A DNA stretch of 64,000 nucleotides, from the NCBI RefSeq assembly GCF_006345805.1, contig NC_043002.1:81654001-81718000 (forward strand), written 5' to 3'. Under the pieces are notes generated by a model. The model was not told where the DNA came from. It saw nothing but the letters and a program-made list of their open reading frames with translations, and searched no databases. Source of the DNA: Octopus sinensis (Eukaryota). Positions 63,425 through 64,000 of the stretch are shown piece by piece (the first letter of the stretch is position 1; each line of letters opens with the position of its first letter). Position numbers and translations under genes: made by a program.

Positions 63425-64000
63425 TATAGCAGAATCGTTAGCACCTCGGACAAAACAGAATTTAATCTGAAAATTTAATATTTTAATGCATCGCTATGCG
63501 CGTTTCCACAAATCACATGTTTCTTAAGATCATAGTCCGTGTTCTTAGCATAATGGAATAGGAGCTCTTATATGCATATTTAAAACGTTTCCCGTAAACG
63601 AACTTAAAGGATATATATATATATAATATATATGTGGCGCATTGTATCCTTGAGCAAGAAATTTCATTTCACGTTGCTGCAATCCACTCAGCCGGCAAAA
63701 ATGAACTGCAACTGTAATTCAAAGGGTCAGCTATGTCTCATTCTGTGTCACGCCGAATCTCCCCGAGAACTACGTTACTGGTACACGTGTCTGTTGAGTG
63801 CTCAGCCACTCGCACGTTAAATTTCACAAGCAAGCTGTTCCGTTGATCTGATCAAATGGAACACTCATCGTCGTAACCGACGGAGTGCCAGTGATATATA
63901 TATATATTTAATGGATGTATGATAGCTTTTAATGTCGACTTGTAAGAAAGAAGTTTTCAATTTATTTTGAAACATAACCAATCATTGTATCACCTCCCAC

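Overview
AT-rich, microsatellite-saturated animal genomic DNA with one 100-N scaffold gap. The SINE families look like octopod cephalopod (Octopus-like) sequence; that assignment is an inference. I could not recognise an intact host gene. Nearly all listed ORFs are translations of (TA)n, (CA)n, (TATG)n, (GATA)n, (GGAT)n or (CAT)n tracts. The window is a dense collection of decayed mobile DNA. Retroelements: an L1/Tx1-like ORF1 (CCHC knuckle) and ORF2 3' fragment, a Penelope-like RT fragment, two RTE 3' ends, CR1-like 3' ends, and more than 30 tRNA-derived SINE copies from several modular families. DNA elements: a Helitron PIF1-helicase remnant, three non-autonomous Helitrons, a near full-length mariner plus fragments, a Tc1-like and a Tigger/pogo-like remnant, and several MITEs. 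Main observations: (1) a near-canonical type I hammerhead ribozyme (minus strand, 2104-2210) inside a cluster of fold-backs, downstream of the Penelope RT fragment; (2) one SINE body carrying three different 3' tails, and SINE tails that match LINE 3' ends present in the same window; (3) a ~520-bp element found twice, both times bounded by (TATG)n; (4) a perfect 46-bp inverted copy of flanking DNA inside a LINE ORF; (5) a TTAGGG-carrying TIR element with a 9-bp TSD in one copy and an 89-bp flanking duplication in the other.
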